A DNA stretch of 64,000 bases. Origin: Alloascoidea hylecoeti. Lineage: Eukaryota. The stretch covers positions 496,001 through 560,000 of the forward strand of contig BCKZ01000014.1 in the NCBI GenBank assembly GCA_001600815.1. The letters run 5' to 3'. A model generated the notes under the pieces. It saw only the letters and a list, made by a program, of their open reading frames with translations. It ran no database searches and had not been told where the DNA came from. Shown here piece after piece: positions 12,189 through 23,714 of the stretch. Both the position numbers and the translations under genes were made by a program. The stretch's first letter is position 1. Every line of letters begins with the position of its first letter.

Positions 12189-13628
12189 TTAATGTTTCCC
12201 CGAATCTGAGAGAGTTGCGGGTGGTTGACGAGGACTAGCGCTCTCAATACTAGTTGTTACAGGCGCAATATTTGTATGAACGACAGGATACTCAATTGGG
12301 CTCGGATTATTTATGATTACTTGAGTTCCACTAACTACCTGACCAGACATTGGGGGTGCTTGTAATTGATTAATTACTTGACCAATTCCAAGATCAGCAG
12401 CAGCACCGACTGAACCACCAGAACTATGATAGTTTTGGAGTTGGTGACCAGACGAGCTTCTTCGCGGTTTTGGTTCTGGGGTTGAAACTCGGTTTCTGTA
12501 TTGGTAAGGGTAAGATTTTGTTGTTTTTGGAGTTGTTTCGATCTGTGCCGCAACCTCAACATCAGTCTGAAGACTTGTTTTTGTGAATTCGCTATGGTTC
12601 ATAATAGCGATATTAGCTTCCAATTTCAATTTATAAGAACAGGAAATATCATCAGAGCGGAAAGAAGGATGAAATGTTTCTCTGAAAATAGCTCTTCTAA
12701 ACAATTTGACTTGAATGGGGACTTGATAAAGAGGAATTCCATCGTTGTACTCCTTTGGAATCTCTTGAGAATTTGCAAGATCAGCAAATATAATATGTTC
12801 ATCAGTATCAACTAATGAAATATCTTCCGTAAATGACCGTCTTTTAAGGAAATCAGTTTCTAACATGAAAACTTGATTTATTAAAAGTTTTAAATTCTTA
12901 ATCATAACTGTACCATTGATACTGGAGAAATGGCTTGGTGCCAAATTTGTTAAAAGATATAATTCAATGGGTGGGAATTTCCTTCCAACAGTGAATATTT
13001 TAGCATCGGGAAATCTAGCTTCAAAAATCAATGTTATTGAAAGACCACCCGTATTAATATCTTTTAAAACGAATGGAGATCTTACCATTGATGGTTTGCG
13101 ATTGCTAGGGTTAAAAGTCCCTCCTGGAACTGCAAAAGGAAGTTCGATTGGATCACCATTATTACCATTTGCTGTTCCTTGGAGCACTGTTTTAACTTCA
13201 TATTTAATCCCAATATCACTTGAAGGAAATAAATCAGTATCAAGTGGAAATTGAAATTCAAATGGAAATTCGTATTGACCTTCACTTAACATACTCTTTT
13301 CTTTCGAAACTAAAACAGTTTGAGAAACAGCAAAAAATACAGTATTAACATTTTCAATTTTGTCGTAACCTTTTGATAATTGGTATTGTATTCTATCACC
13401 TACCCAATTAGTACGTTCAGTATAGTTCAATAAACTTGGGGGAACTGTAATATGAAAGGTCTTGATTCCTTCTAATACCACGTCGACTTTATGGATATTG
13501 CAACTTTCACGAACATCCAAAATAATCGTTCCACTAACAAAGTCACCTTTAGTGTAATAACCATCAAATGTGATTTTAGGGTCTATTTTTATATTGACAT
13601 CATAAACCTTTGATACTTCTCCGGACAT
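12189..13628 (-). CDS. Alpha-arrestin-like protein (arrestin N/C fold)
   Basis: YTKGDFVSGTIILDV..KVDVVLEG, GQYEFPFEFQFP..LFPS..IKYEVK and PSF..ISCSYKL motifs typical of arrestin domains; ATG at 13628. Confidence 0.75.
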   Translation of the reverse strand: MSGEVSKVYDVNIKIDPKITFDGYYTKGDFVSGTIILDVRESCNIHKVDVVLEGIKTFHITVPPSLLNYTERTNWVGDRIQYQLSKGYDKIENVNTVFFAVSQTVLVSKEKSMLSEGQYEFPFEFQFPLDTDLFPSSDIGIKYEVKTVLQGTANGNNGDPIELPFAVPGGTFNPSNRKPSMVRSPFVLKDINTGGLSITLIFEARFPDAKIFTVGRKFPPIELYLLTNLAPSHFSSINGTVMIKNLKLLINQVFMLETDFLKRRSFTEDISLVDTDEHIIFADLANSQEIPKEYNDGIPLYQVPIQVKLFRRAIFRETFHPSFRSDDISCSYKLKLEANIAIMNHSEFTKTSLQTDVEVAAQIETTPKTTKSYPYQYRNRVSTPEPKPRRSSSGHQLQNYHSSGGSVGAAADLGIGQVINQLQAPPMSGQVVSGTQVIINNPSPIEYPVVHTNIAPVTTSIESASPRQPPATLSDSGKH

Positions 13629-14340
13629 TTTCAATATAAGTGATAAGGTTTCTTTTTACGATTACCTAGCAAATACATAAGTTAGAAGGGGGTCGAGAAA
13701 GAAACCGGGGGGGAGAAATATTTTTATAATTATTGAACAATTTCTTAAGGTACACTCGACAACCTTCATCGCGTAAATATCTAGAGTTGCAGATAATTCA
13801 CCTCTCAATAGGCTCTTATATTCCAATCCTAATAATGTCCCCCAAATTCAAAATGTTTGATGATCACCCTAGACATGATGAATAGGAATGGCCTAATGCA
13901 TGTAATATGCAATAATAACATTAACCTATCGGTAATTATAATTATATCACAATACAATTGCAATTGCAATACTATTCTACTGGTAATAAACTTGTTTAGC
14001 TAAATCAACAATATAATACCTTAATTACATATAAGTTTTATAATTAAATATTTATATTTAAACTTGAATAAATAGAAGAACGTTTCTTGTTCTAAGTTAT
14101 TTATCACATATCCACCAATAATATATGATAAAATAACCATTAACATGATATTTTTGAAAAAGTACAATATTTCTACCGAAAAAAATAATAAAAAAGAATA
14201 GCACCCTTCAGCCCCATTAAGAAGACCCATATACTAAGTTTCATATGGCAGGGAAGCGCAATTATCAAAGAAGGAAGACAAACAATTTAAAGAAAGCCAA
14301 ATGGCTATTAATTATAAGAAAATAGACAAGAAGAAAATTT

Positions 14341-16567
14341 TTATGAAAACCCTGTTTCATCAATGAAAATTCTCGAACTTTCTTCTTCTTCCCATTTTCT
14401 ATCAAAATCAAAATATAATAAAGGATTTGAATTTTTATTATCTTTATTAATTATTGACCTTGGATGTTGAATAGTTAAATCATTAATATTTTGTCCTTGA
14501 CCGTCTTTTCCTCTTTTATACCATCTTTTGTCTTCCTTAAAATATAACCAACCTCTATTTTTTAACTCTTCAGCTGCCAAATGTTGAACATATTTCCCTT
14601 GTCTGTAGTAAAACATGTAAAACAAAACATCAGTATCTGCCCTCATTACAACTCTTTTATCAGTACCTACTAATGGATTCGTAGGATAACAATCTAATGT
14701 TGGAAATTCATTTAATGGAGTATATCGTTGTTGCATATCAGCATCAAATGATGAAGGACAATTTATCATTGATGATTCCAATAAAGCACGAATTTCAGAA
14801 ATTGGAGGTGGATTTTCCAGTCGATCTTTTGCTGCATTTAAAGAACCAGCAAACATCTGAAGCCCAGGGGGCAACCTATTATGATGATTTATTAAGTCTG
14901 GGATTGGAGTGACACTATTCGATCGTGATTGGCCTGAGGACGAAAAAAATGTTTGGCTGTTGGCTTTCAAATTATATTCTGAATCCCGTTTAGGCGTTTC
15001 CAATGTATCGGTTTTAACGTTCCCTATTATTGTACTACTCCAAACGGAGTTAGTTCTACTGGTTGTAGCAGTAGAGGATGATATATCAGGAGAAGATATC
15101 ATCTCTGGAGTTGAAATTGTATTCGTTGGTGTGTTTGTAACTTCGTTGACAATATTCAAAACATTGCTTGGTGGTGGCAATGGATTCAAACCTATAGGAG
15201 GTATATTTTTATGTTCTGGGGATGATGATGAGGTGGTTCCATCGATTGTACTAATAGACGTTGGAACATTATCAATATTCGATGCATGCGGACCAGCTGC
15301 TGCAGAGGCATATTTCAATTCTCCGATAGGTGGTGCTGTAACAGGTTGTAAATTTAAGATATTCCCTGTACTAGATATCGCTGGTACAACTTTTGTTTTG
15401 GAGAATGAAGTAAATATTTTCTTGGTGTCTGAAGTTGAAGATACTATCGAATTTTCCCTTTCGTGACGAGATTCATTTTCTTCTTCTTCTTGTATTGGAA
15501 GTAGAGGAGCATCTTTTTCAATTTCAGCTGCTAAATCATCTTCCATATCTAAGCCTAATTCTTCATAAATTTCGTCATCTTCCGCAAAATCCGGATCTTG
15601 ATTTGATTCTACAAAATATTTGATATCTTCTTGAATACTATTCACTTGATCAGGTTGTAAATCACCATTTTCTAGAAATCTTAGAACTAATTCTAATTTT
15701 CCTTGATGCCATTTCAGTCTTTCTAAATGTTCATTTAGATCATTTATTTGTGATACTTTATGTGCATCTTGTCGTTTACCTTTCTTCATACTACCTTGAA
15801 TTGTTACAATTTGTGCTTCATCAACTTCTATTTGTCGTTGTAATTCTTCTAACATATTTTGAACAAATGAACATGTTTCCATTTTCTCTTTATCTCGAGG
15901 ATTTAGTCGTATAGTTGTTAAACCTTCTTTACTAAAAGCCTTTGTTTTAATTTCCTTTTCACATGCTTTAAATCGTTCCATGGCCTATATAGAATTATTA
16001 ATTATCATTCCAAAGGAAGTAGCATCCACATAAACTACTTACCTCCTCTATTAGTTTTCGATTCTCGATTAGTTGGGTTTTATCTTTTACTTCATTCCCA
16101 CTCATCCAATTTTTAATCTGATCCCTTAGCCGTTGTAATTTTTTGATTTCACGTTTGAGATCCTAGGATATTTTATAAATTAGATCATCAATTTATCAAA
16201 TATATATATACTCAACAAAAGATTTTTTGAAAATGGGGAAATAAAAATCAATTATCAAGATTTTAAAAGTTGAATCAAACATACCAATTCAATTTTTTCC
16301 TTTTGAGATGCAGTTGAGCTTTGTCTCATCTTATCGTAATAACCATTAAATACATCAAGGCCTTCCTTGACCTTCTTGAACACACGGTCCATTTCTCTAG
16401 ATTTAGTAGAAAAAATCATAATTAGCAACTAATATCACATATCACATCTTATCAAATATCTAAGGTTTAATCATGATATCATGATATTCCAATGAATATT
16501 CATTTGACTCTATATTTAGATATTTAGAAAGTTAAAGAACTTACTGTTGAAGTTTCCGTTGTGACAT
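14341..16567 (-). CDS. NOT3: CCR4-NOT subunit Not3/Not5, 4 exons: 16567-16545, 16396-16285, 16162-16043, 15984-14341
   Basis: Spliced N-terminus [68 protein letters not shown]-terminal NOT box [23 protein letters not shown]; three GT..AG introns. Confidence 0.95.
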
Positions 16568-16898
16568 GTTTCTTATAGTAATACTATATCTTTATTATCA
16601 CGAACTCTTTAATATTTAATCGTATTATCATATACACAGGATTTATAAGTGATCCTAAAATTAAGAAGATGACGCTGTGTGGGTTGTTTATGTCAAGAAT
16701 GATTTTTGATCAATGGATAGGTTTAATCCAAAGTTTTTGGGTGTGTGAGAAATTGGAAACAGGACACAGTATCTGTTTAGTGAGGGTATTGAAGGTTGAA
16801 CCGTTATTGTTGTCCAAATGAGTTTGGATAGAAAAGGTGTGCTGAAAATTACCCTGGAGGAAAATGCACCAACTATTTGGGTGTGAATGTGGATGACG

Positions 16899-16905
16899 TT
16901 ACCCG
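16899..16905. promoter_or_regulatory. Reb1-type site (TTACCCG) upstream of NOT3
   Basis: Exact TTACCCG, overlapping TGACGT; a TTACCCT variant lies at 16849-16855. Confidence 0.45.
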
Positions 16906-19217
16906 GACTCCAGCGTGGGGCCAACCCTTGCACCATCAACTCCCCAATAATACATTGTTATAATGAATTACTTTTCGTATGCAAATGTTGCAAAATATAC
17001 GAAGTCATCACGGGCAAGATGTTGTGAAACTACTAACATTTGGATTGGCTCACCTTCACAATACCCGTAGTAAGAAGCAAATAGCAATAGAACTTTGAGA
17101 TTTATTAAAAGAAAGAACATATATTCATTGGATCCTTTGGATCAAATTAGAAAGATCAATGGACCATTTCTTATCTCAATTAAGATCTTGTCCTAACAAT
17201 CAATATTTCAGCATTAATTGTTTGCATCCCAAGAGCACATTCAGGAAGACCACCACGAGCATCACCATTGCAATTGTCATATGCAGCTCAAGAATAGATT
17301 TTGATTTGAGAGCTTAACCATGGGCTGCCTCATGTATAAAAATCAAAACATATGATGTAAGTTATAATAATCCTATCATTGTTCTCTACTTCTTACTCCA
17401 CAATTGCAATTGACCACTTTCGTAACACTATAGCTAGTAGATTCATTACTCATGATCAACTCAAACTGCTCTTCGGATAATTAACCATCCGAGACTTAGT
17501 TCCCATAGCGCATTTTTCTGTCTCAGCCGCAGCCACCACCGGCGCCTCCTTATACGTAATTGAATAATAAATCGTTTAATATCTGATAAGATGACGTAGA
17601 TATTAAATCTAAAGAAAAAAAAAATACTCGATCGTAGAAGAGAAGAGCTGAAGATATAACATGAAAGCCAATAAATAGACCCATTTGCAACAATTAATAT
17701 GATGAAATAATCAATGGAGTGATTGTCGCGTACTTTAAATTACAGAATGATACAATGAAAATGAAAATATAATATCAGGATGAGGACTCTAACACTTACT
17801 GTCAACCTTTTTCATCAAATATAAAAGATTCACAATGTTGAGAGTAAAAGTTTTTATAATACTTATATCAGTTAGCATTTAATAATTATACACTCAATTA
17901 CAAAGATGAGTTAACCTCAGATACCACAACATTGTTCTGTCACAACCACAAATTACAAAAACAGCAACAAATATATTTTTATTAAATATTATCACTAAAA
18001 TCTACTTAATCTTATAGTTCTAACAATATTTGTTAAATGTTTTCTTCTTGTAATTTGTGTTGTGATGTGTTTAAATTAATAAATAATATGGTAATAATAG
18101 TCCTCGAAATACTACTTAATATCAAAATAGTATTAGTCATGATTATATAAATAATCACTGTTAATTAATTGAATGTAGAATAGTAAAATTAGCTAAATCC
18201 AATAAGTTTCATAAATTTATGAATATAAATATTGTAGAAATATCTATTGGTAATAAATTAACGAAACTTTCCGGATCAATTTAAATGATTATAAAGAAAT
18301 CCAAAATAAGTTCAAAAAAATATATATATATATATATTTTTATGTTGGAAATAACTGCTGCATCCAATGGTAAACCTAACATTAAAATAAGAACATTTAT
18401 CAGGTTTAGTTTGGACACTAAGATCCTCCTTCAGTCTATCAACTAAACTCTGACTCACGACACTTTGTACCGTATACAGTATACTTATAGTTACAACAAG
18501 CAGTACAAAACTTTAGATAGTTGACGGAATTAAATTCTTGATTCCAGTGAGTAGTAAATTAAACCAGAAAGCTTACAACAGATTAAAAGTAATAGTAATG
18601 AATTTGATATTGAAAATTTTTAGTCCAAATATCTAAATATCGATAATTTAAGATTATTCTTATTACATTGAGAATCATTGTTCTGCATCCGTACTGTTTA
18701 CTGTATAAATAATACCAGTCTATTTATCCGGATAAACATTGGCTGGCCATCCTAGTTGTGTGTGTAATTCCACTTAATTTCGGACCATGTTTATTATTAT
18801 TTATTGGATACTCCCATGCCAGATTTTCTCCTTGGTTGTTGCAATTCCTACCAAAAGTTTCAACAGAAACAAGACAATAATTATGCGATTCGGAAAATAG
18901 TTACAGGTAATAGAGATAATCAGAAATTCAGAATAGCCGAAATTAAGTAGAATTGATCACTACATACGTGGGTTGTATACATCAGATCAAATTTACATTT
19001 GCAGTTTTCAATTCCAGCTATTACTTATATAATATATAAACCATTAATAACCTTATATATATATACCAAAGAAACAAAATTAAAAAAAAAAGAAAAAAAA
19101 AACATATAATAAATTTTAAAAAAAAAAATGATAATGATAAAAAAATAAAATAAAATTATGTATACCCCATTCAATTAATTTTAATATCAATCAATCAATC
19201 AACATTCAACATCATCA

Positions 19218-19222
<5 letters not shown>

Positions 19223-19288
<66 letters not shown>

Positions 19289-19396
19289 NNNNNNNNNNNN
19301 NNNNNNNNNNNNNNNNNNNNNNNNNNNNNNNNNNNNNNNNNNNNNNNNNNNNNNNNNNNNNNNNNNNNNNNNNNNNNNNNNNNNNNNNNNNNNNNN
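19223..19396. other. Poly-T tract (19223-19287) and assembly gap (N run 19289-19396)
   Basis: 65 consecutive T followed by 108 N; this obscures the true CYC8 stop codon. Confidence 0.97.
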
Positions 19397-22300
19397 TTTT
19401 TATTTCAACATTTGTACCTTTATTATTTGTATTTGTTGTAACAATTATATCATTTTTAGTTTTCATTAATGATTTTCTTAATTCATTTATTTCATCTTCT
19501 GGATCAATTAATTTTAATGATGTAATTGATTTATGTGATGATGGTGATTTTGATTTTGATTTTGATTTTGATTTTGATTTTGATATTGATATTGTTGGAG
19601 TTGAAGTTGATGATTTTTGAAGATTATTATCTAATTTATTTTTATTTATCGATTCTTTATGATCATTATCATTTTGGTTATCATTTTGGTTATCATTTTG
19701 GTTATCATTATCATTATCATTATCATTATCCTTATCCTCATCCTTATCCTTATCATTATCATTATTATTTATTGAAATAATATCAATTGATGATTTAGAA
19801 CTTGATAAAGAAGGTCTTGGAGATGAATTTAAATTCTTAATATCCATTGAATTTGAATTACCAGTACCATTTAAACTATGTGATCTTGAATGATTATTAT
19901 TTTGAAATGATAAATTTGTCGTTATTGATTCATTAATTCCATTTAAATTTAAATTTCCATTTACTGTTGAATTATTATCATTTATTTTTAATTGATCTTG
20001 TTGTTGATCAACAATTGATGAAATTAATGGTAATCTTGTAGTTGATAAATTTTTTTTAAATCCAATTGCATCAATAATTGTTTTTTCATCATCATTTTCA
20101 TTATCATTTTCATTACTTTTATTTGAATCATTACTAAATTTTCTCTTTTTTAAATTTCTTTCATTTGATAAATTATTTAAATTTTCAAAACTTTCTCTTT
20201 CATGTTTTAAATTTATAATATTTGATGATGATGATAATGATGATGATGGAGAATTTGAATTTAAATTTGAAATTTGTGGTGATACAATCATTGATATTGA
20301 ATTTTGTTTTGGCTCTGTTATTGATTGTTGTATTGGTTGTTGTAAAACAGATCCAACATTTCCATTTGAATTTGTATTTGAATTTATTATTGGTGATAAA
20401 TGTTGTTGTTGATAACTAGAAATTGAAATATATTGAGGATTTGATTCATTATTATTTTGATTTTTTCTAATTGATTGTACAGATGGTGATCTAGATAATG
20501 GTTCAGAAGTAAAAATTTTGTTATTTCCATTTCCTCCTTCCCTTTTTGATTTTTTAATATTTTTTTCCTTTTTAATTTTTGATTTTTTAATATTTGGACT
20601 TTGATTTGAACTTGAACTTGAACTTAAACTTAAACTTTGATTTGAAGTATGATTATTAATTAATGGAGATTGTTTATTTGATTTTAAACCATTACTACTA
20701 GTATTTTGATTTGAAATAACATTTATATTCATTGGTGAGTTAATTTGATGAGATTGTTGTTGTTGTTGTTCATCAGAAAATTGTAAATTTCGATATGGTG
20801 GTTGTGGTTTATGTTGAACATTTGAACTTGGGAAATTATTAGCTATGAATTGTACTGGTTGAGATATATGTGATGTAGGTTGATGTGCTTGACTTGATTG
20901 TGGTGTTGAAATTGAAGGTTGAATATTTTGATAAGGATTTGAATTTATTACATCTTTTGGAGGTTCAGAAGTTGGTATTAATTGTAAAGGTTGTAAAAGT
21001 TGTTGAGGTTGAAATTGTAATTGTCTTGGAGGTAAAGGTTGTTGATTTGAACCATTTTGAACCTGTTCCAATTGAATTAATCTTTTTCTTAACATTTCAT
21101 TTGAAGGATCTAATTTCAAAGCATGTCTATAAGCATCTATAGCATCATCCAATTGACCAGGAGCATTCCCATTACAAGTTTCATATAAAGTCCCCAAATC
21201 GTACCAAACTTCGGAAATATTTGGATTTAAAGTAATTGCATGGGTATAAGCATCTAAAGCATCTTTATATTGAGCCAATTGATAATATAAAACGCCAATT
21301 GAGCACCAAAAAGTAGGATTTTCATGATCTTGTTGAACAGCATTTTGAAAAGATTCATAAGCTTTTGTATAATTTGATAAATCCATATGAACACGGCCCA
21401 ATTGATACCAAGCTTGAGGGTCTTGATTATTTAATTCAATTGATTTTGTAAAATAAGAAATTGCAATATCTTGATCGGCAATTGATACTTGGCCTTGCTG
21501 TTGGGTATATAATATTCCCAATTGTTGTAAAACTTTAGCAATTTGAATATTTGTTGTTTTTGTTGAATCATTGGTCAAATTAGATTGTAACAATTCTAGG
21601 ATATGGTCATAGGCTTCTTTTGCAGAATCCAGTTGGTTTTCCTGTTCATAAACAGAAGCAATTTGAAACCAAACATCGATATTTGATAGAATTGGATGTA
21701 GGATTGAATTGTTTAGTTTCAAAACATATTTGAAACACTCCAAACCTTGTCTTGATTTCTGCTGGTGTTTATAAATCAAGCCCAATTTGAAATAAATATC
21801 GACAGCGTATTGGGAGTCCTTCGGCTCTATTTTCAGGACGGTGGTGAAGGCCTCTTCGGCATACTCGAAGGAGCCGTAGCGGTAGTACAAAGAGGCTATT
21901 CCGTACCACAGTTTGGCGTTGTGGGGGGATGGCAGGTGGTACAGAGCCTGCTGAAAAGCGGTGTAGGCCGATTGCAGATCGTCCATCATTAGGTAGCAGT
22001 GGCCTGTGTGCAGTTAGTCAGTCAGTCGGTTAGTATCGGCAGTGTAGCAGAGCAGGAAGAAGGACGGGGATAGTTACCTAGAAGGGCCCAAATGTCGCCA
22101 TTGGCGTTGTCCATGGCCAGAATCGCTCTGTAGTACTCGATGGCCTTTGCAAACGAGGCTTTCGAGACGTGGACGTTGGCGATCTTGGCCAGGGCCGGGA
22201 TCATTTTGGCGGAGGAGGCGGGGGGGGAGGGCCGCGGGTCGGGGGAGGGTCGCGGGTCGCGGGGCCGCGGGTCGAGGGGCCGCGGGTCGAGGGTGCGCAG

Positions 22301-22486
22301 GGCGTACTCGTACTGGAGCAGAGCGCCGTCCGCGTCCCCCATGGCCTCGAAGCACGAGCCGAGGGACAGGTAGGTGTCGGAGGTCAGGTCGCGCAGCGCG
22401 GCGTACGAGTCGGGAGGGCCGGCCGGCTGCGGCTGCGGGGGGAGAGGGTGCGACGGGGGCTGGGGCTGGGGGGGCTGGGGGGGCAT
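19397..22486 (-). CDS. CYC8: General transcriptional corepressor Cyc8/Ssn6 (10 TPRs), 2 exons: 22486-22078 and 22003 to the assembly gap; 3' end unresolved
   Basis: Intron 22077-22004 (GTAACT..GACTAAC..CAG) joins IWALLG to HCYLMMDDLQSAY; TPRs LWYGIASLYYRYGS, FWCSIGVLYYQ, VWYDLGTLYETCN; long N/S/Q low-complexity tail. Confidence 0.93.
19546..19770. repeat. Coding microsatellites in the CYC8 tail: (GATTTT)n giving KS repeats, (TCATTTTGGTTA)3 giving NDNQ repeats, (TCATTA)n giving ND repeats
   Basis: Tandem units directly visible in the sequence. Confidence 0.85.
22228..22295. repeat. GC-rich 15-18-bp coding minisatellite (GGGGCCGCGGGTCGA-like) encoding four DPRP repeats inside CYC8
   Basis: Translation LDPRPLDPRPRDPRPSPDPRPS; CGCGGGTCG is repeated four times. 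Confidence 0.85.
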
Positions 22487-23053
22487 GCTGGAGGACTGGC
22501 GGAAAAGAGGAGGAGGAAGAGGAAAAGCTGCTTTATTTTTCCTCTTTTTCCTGTGCGCAGTGTTATCATCATTATTATAATACCACCAATTGTTCCTGGG
22601 AAAAAGAAACGACGGCCTGCATCGTGGCTGCGGGCGCAAACCTTAATCCGCTCGCTCGCTCCTGTCCGAGTTCTGTCGGCGCCCGCATGCGTCCGCGCGC
22701 GTTGACCAGAAAACAGCAATCCCATCCACCCAAAGTCAATTCGCAGAATGTGTCAAGCACTCATATCGTGTGATAAGCTTTGCAGTTTCATTTTGCTCCA
22801 CTTTGTTCCACCGTGTTCCATTTCATTCCAATTTCATTCCATCAACCACAAGTATGTAGTGTAATTGCGAATATCGGGGTTATGTAGATAACCAGCAGAG
22901 TACTATAATATTCATCCACAATGGAAAAAGAAACGAGTTTCCATAAATCATTTTCAATCACTTGCGATTTGTTTTGTTGTTTGGTTTTGTTTTGTTTTGT
23001 TTCGTTTAGATGTCTATTTCATTTCATTCTTCATTCTTATTCACCAACGCTAA

Positions 23054-23088
23054 CTAACCCTAACCCTAACCCTAACCCTAACCCTAAC
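23054..23088. repeat. Interstitial telomere-type repeat (TAACCC)5, i.e. (TTAGGG)n on the minus strand
   Basis: C(TAACCC)5TAAC read directly from the sequence. Confidence 0.9.
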
Positions 23089-23537
23089 GTTAACATGTCC
23101 GTAGCTTAACCTAATTTATTTTTTTATGAATATGAATATGAATGACAGATTCTGTTTATTATAATACAATTATCTCTTATAATTAGAAAGATTGGCGTGA
23201 TCCTAGGCTTCTAGCTATTAATAGTAGTAGTAATACTGATTATAATTTTAATTATGAAAAAAGTAAAACAATTCATTCGATAATTCAGGTCTGTAAATTG
23301 CAATTAAATTATCTTTTCTTTTCTTTTTTCTTTTATCTACAATCATTGAGATTATTTCTTTCATTTAAAATTAAAGTGTTCTAGTCTTGGTTTATGCTAT
23401 ACGTCAGCTGCATGGCATAACATGACTAGAGTTGCTAATAAATTACTCTTAGCAACTCCTACGTATATAATTTGGTTTCGGACCTTATTTAACAGGTGTT
23501 CCATCGTCGTGGCAGCACGAAATAGTTTGTCAATGTC

Positions 23538-23573
23538 TGCCTGTGCCTGTGCCCGTGCACGTGCCTGTGCCCG
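23538..23573. repeat. GC-rich degenerate hexamer repeat, six units (TGCCTG/TGCCCG/TGCACG)
   Basis: tgcctg tgcctg tgcccg tgcacg tgcctg tgcccg, followed by CACGTGAC at 23577-23584. Confidence 0.8.
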
Positions 23574-23714
23574 CGACACGTGACACCCGTGTTCCGAGAA
23601 CCCGCCTTTAAGCTTTTAATATTTCATGTTTGACAGTTGTGTGTGTATGTTAACGTTCTAGATTGACAAATACCATTCTTCCTCTTTTTTTTCATGTCTC
23701 AAGATATAATATAT

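Noticed and set aside
19215..19396. Poly-Lys C-terminus of Cyc8 and the poly-Phe ORF 19217-19441
   Set aside because: Produced by reading through an N gap into a poly-T tract; probably 3' UTR or an assembly artefact.
22150..22400. Alternative CUG decoding
   Set aside because: CTG codons fall at hydrophobic TPR positions normally occupied by Leu (YLSLG, YALR, PALAK), consistent with the standard code.
21800..22720. GC island as contamination or horizontal transfer
   Set aside because: It encodes the in-frame N-terminal TPRs of the same Cyc8 protein, and composition changes gradually rather than at a junction.
22074..22773. Several overlapping ORFs on both strands in the GC island (for example 22147-22773 +, 22169-22705 +)
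   Set aside because: High GC suppresses stop codons; only the minus frame from ATG 22486 gives TPR homology and splices to the rest of CYC8.
23397..23579. 60-aa minus-strand ORF MSRAQARARAQAQA..
   Set aside because: GTG start; the N-terminus comes from a hexamer microsatellite; no recognisable homology.
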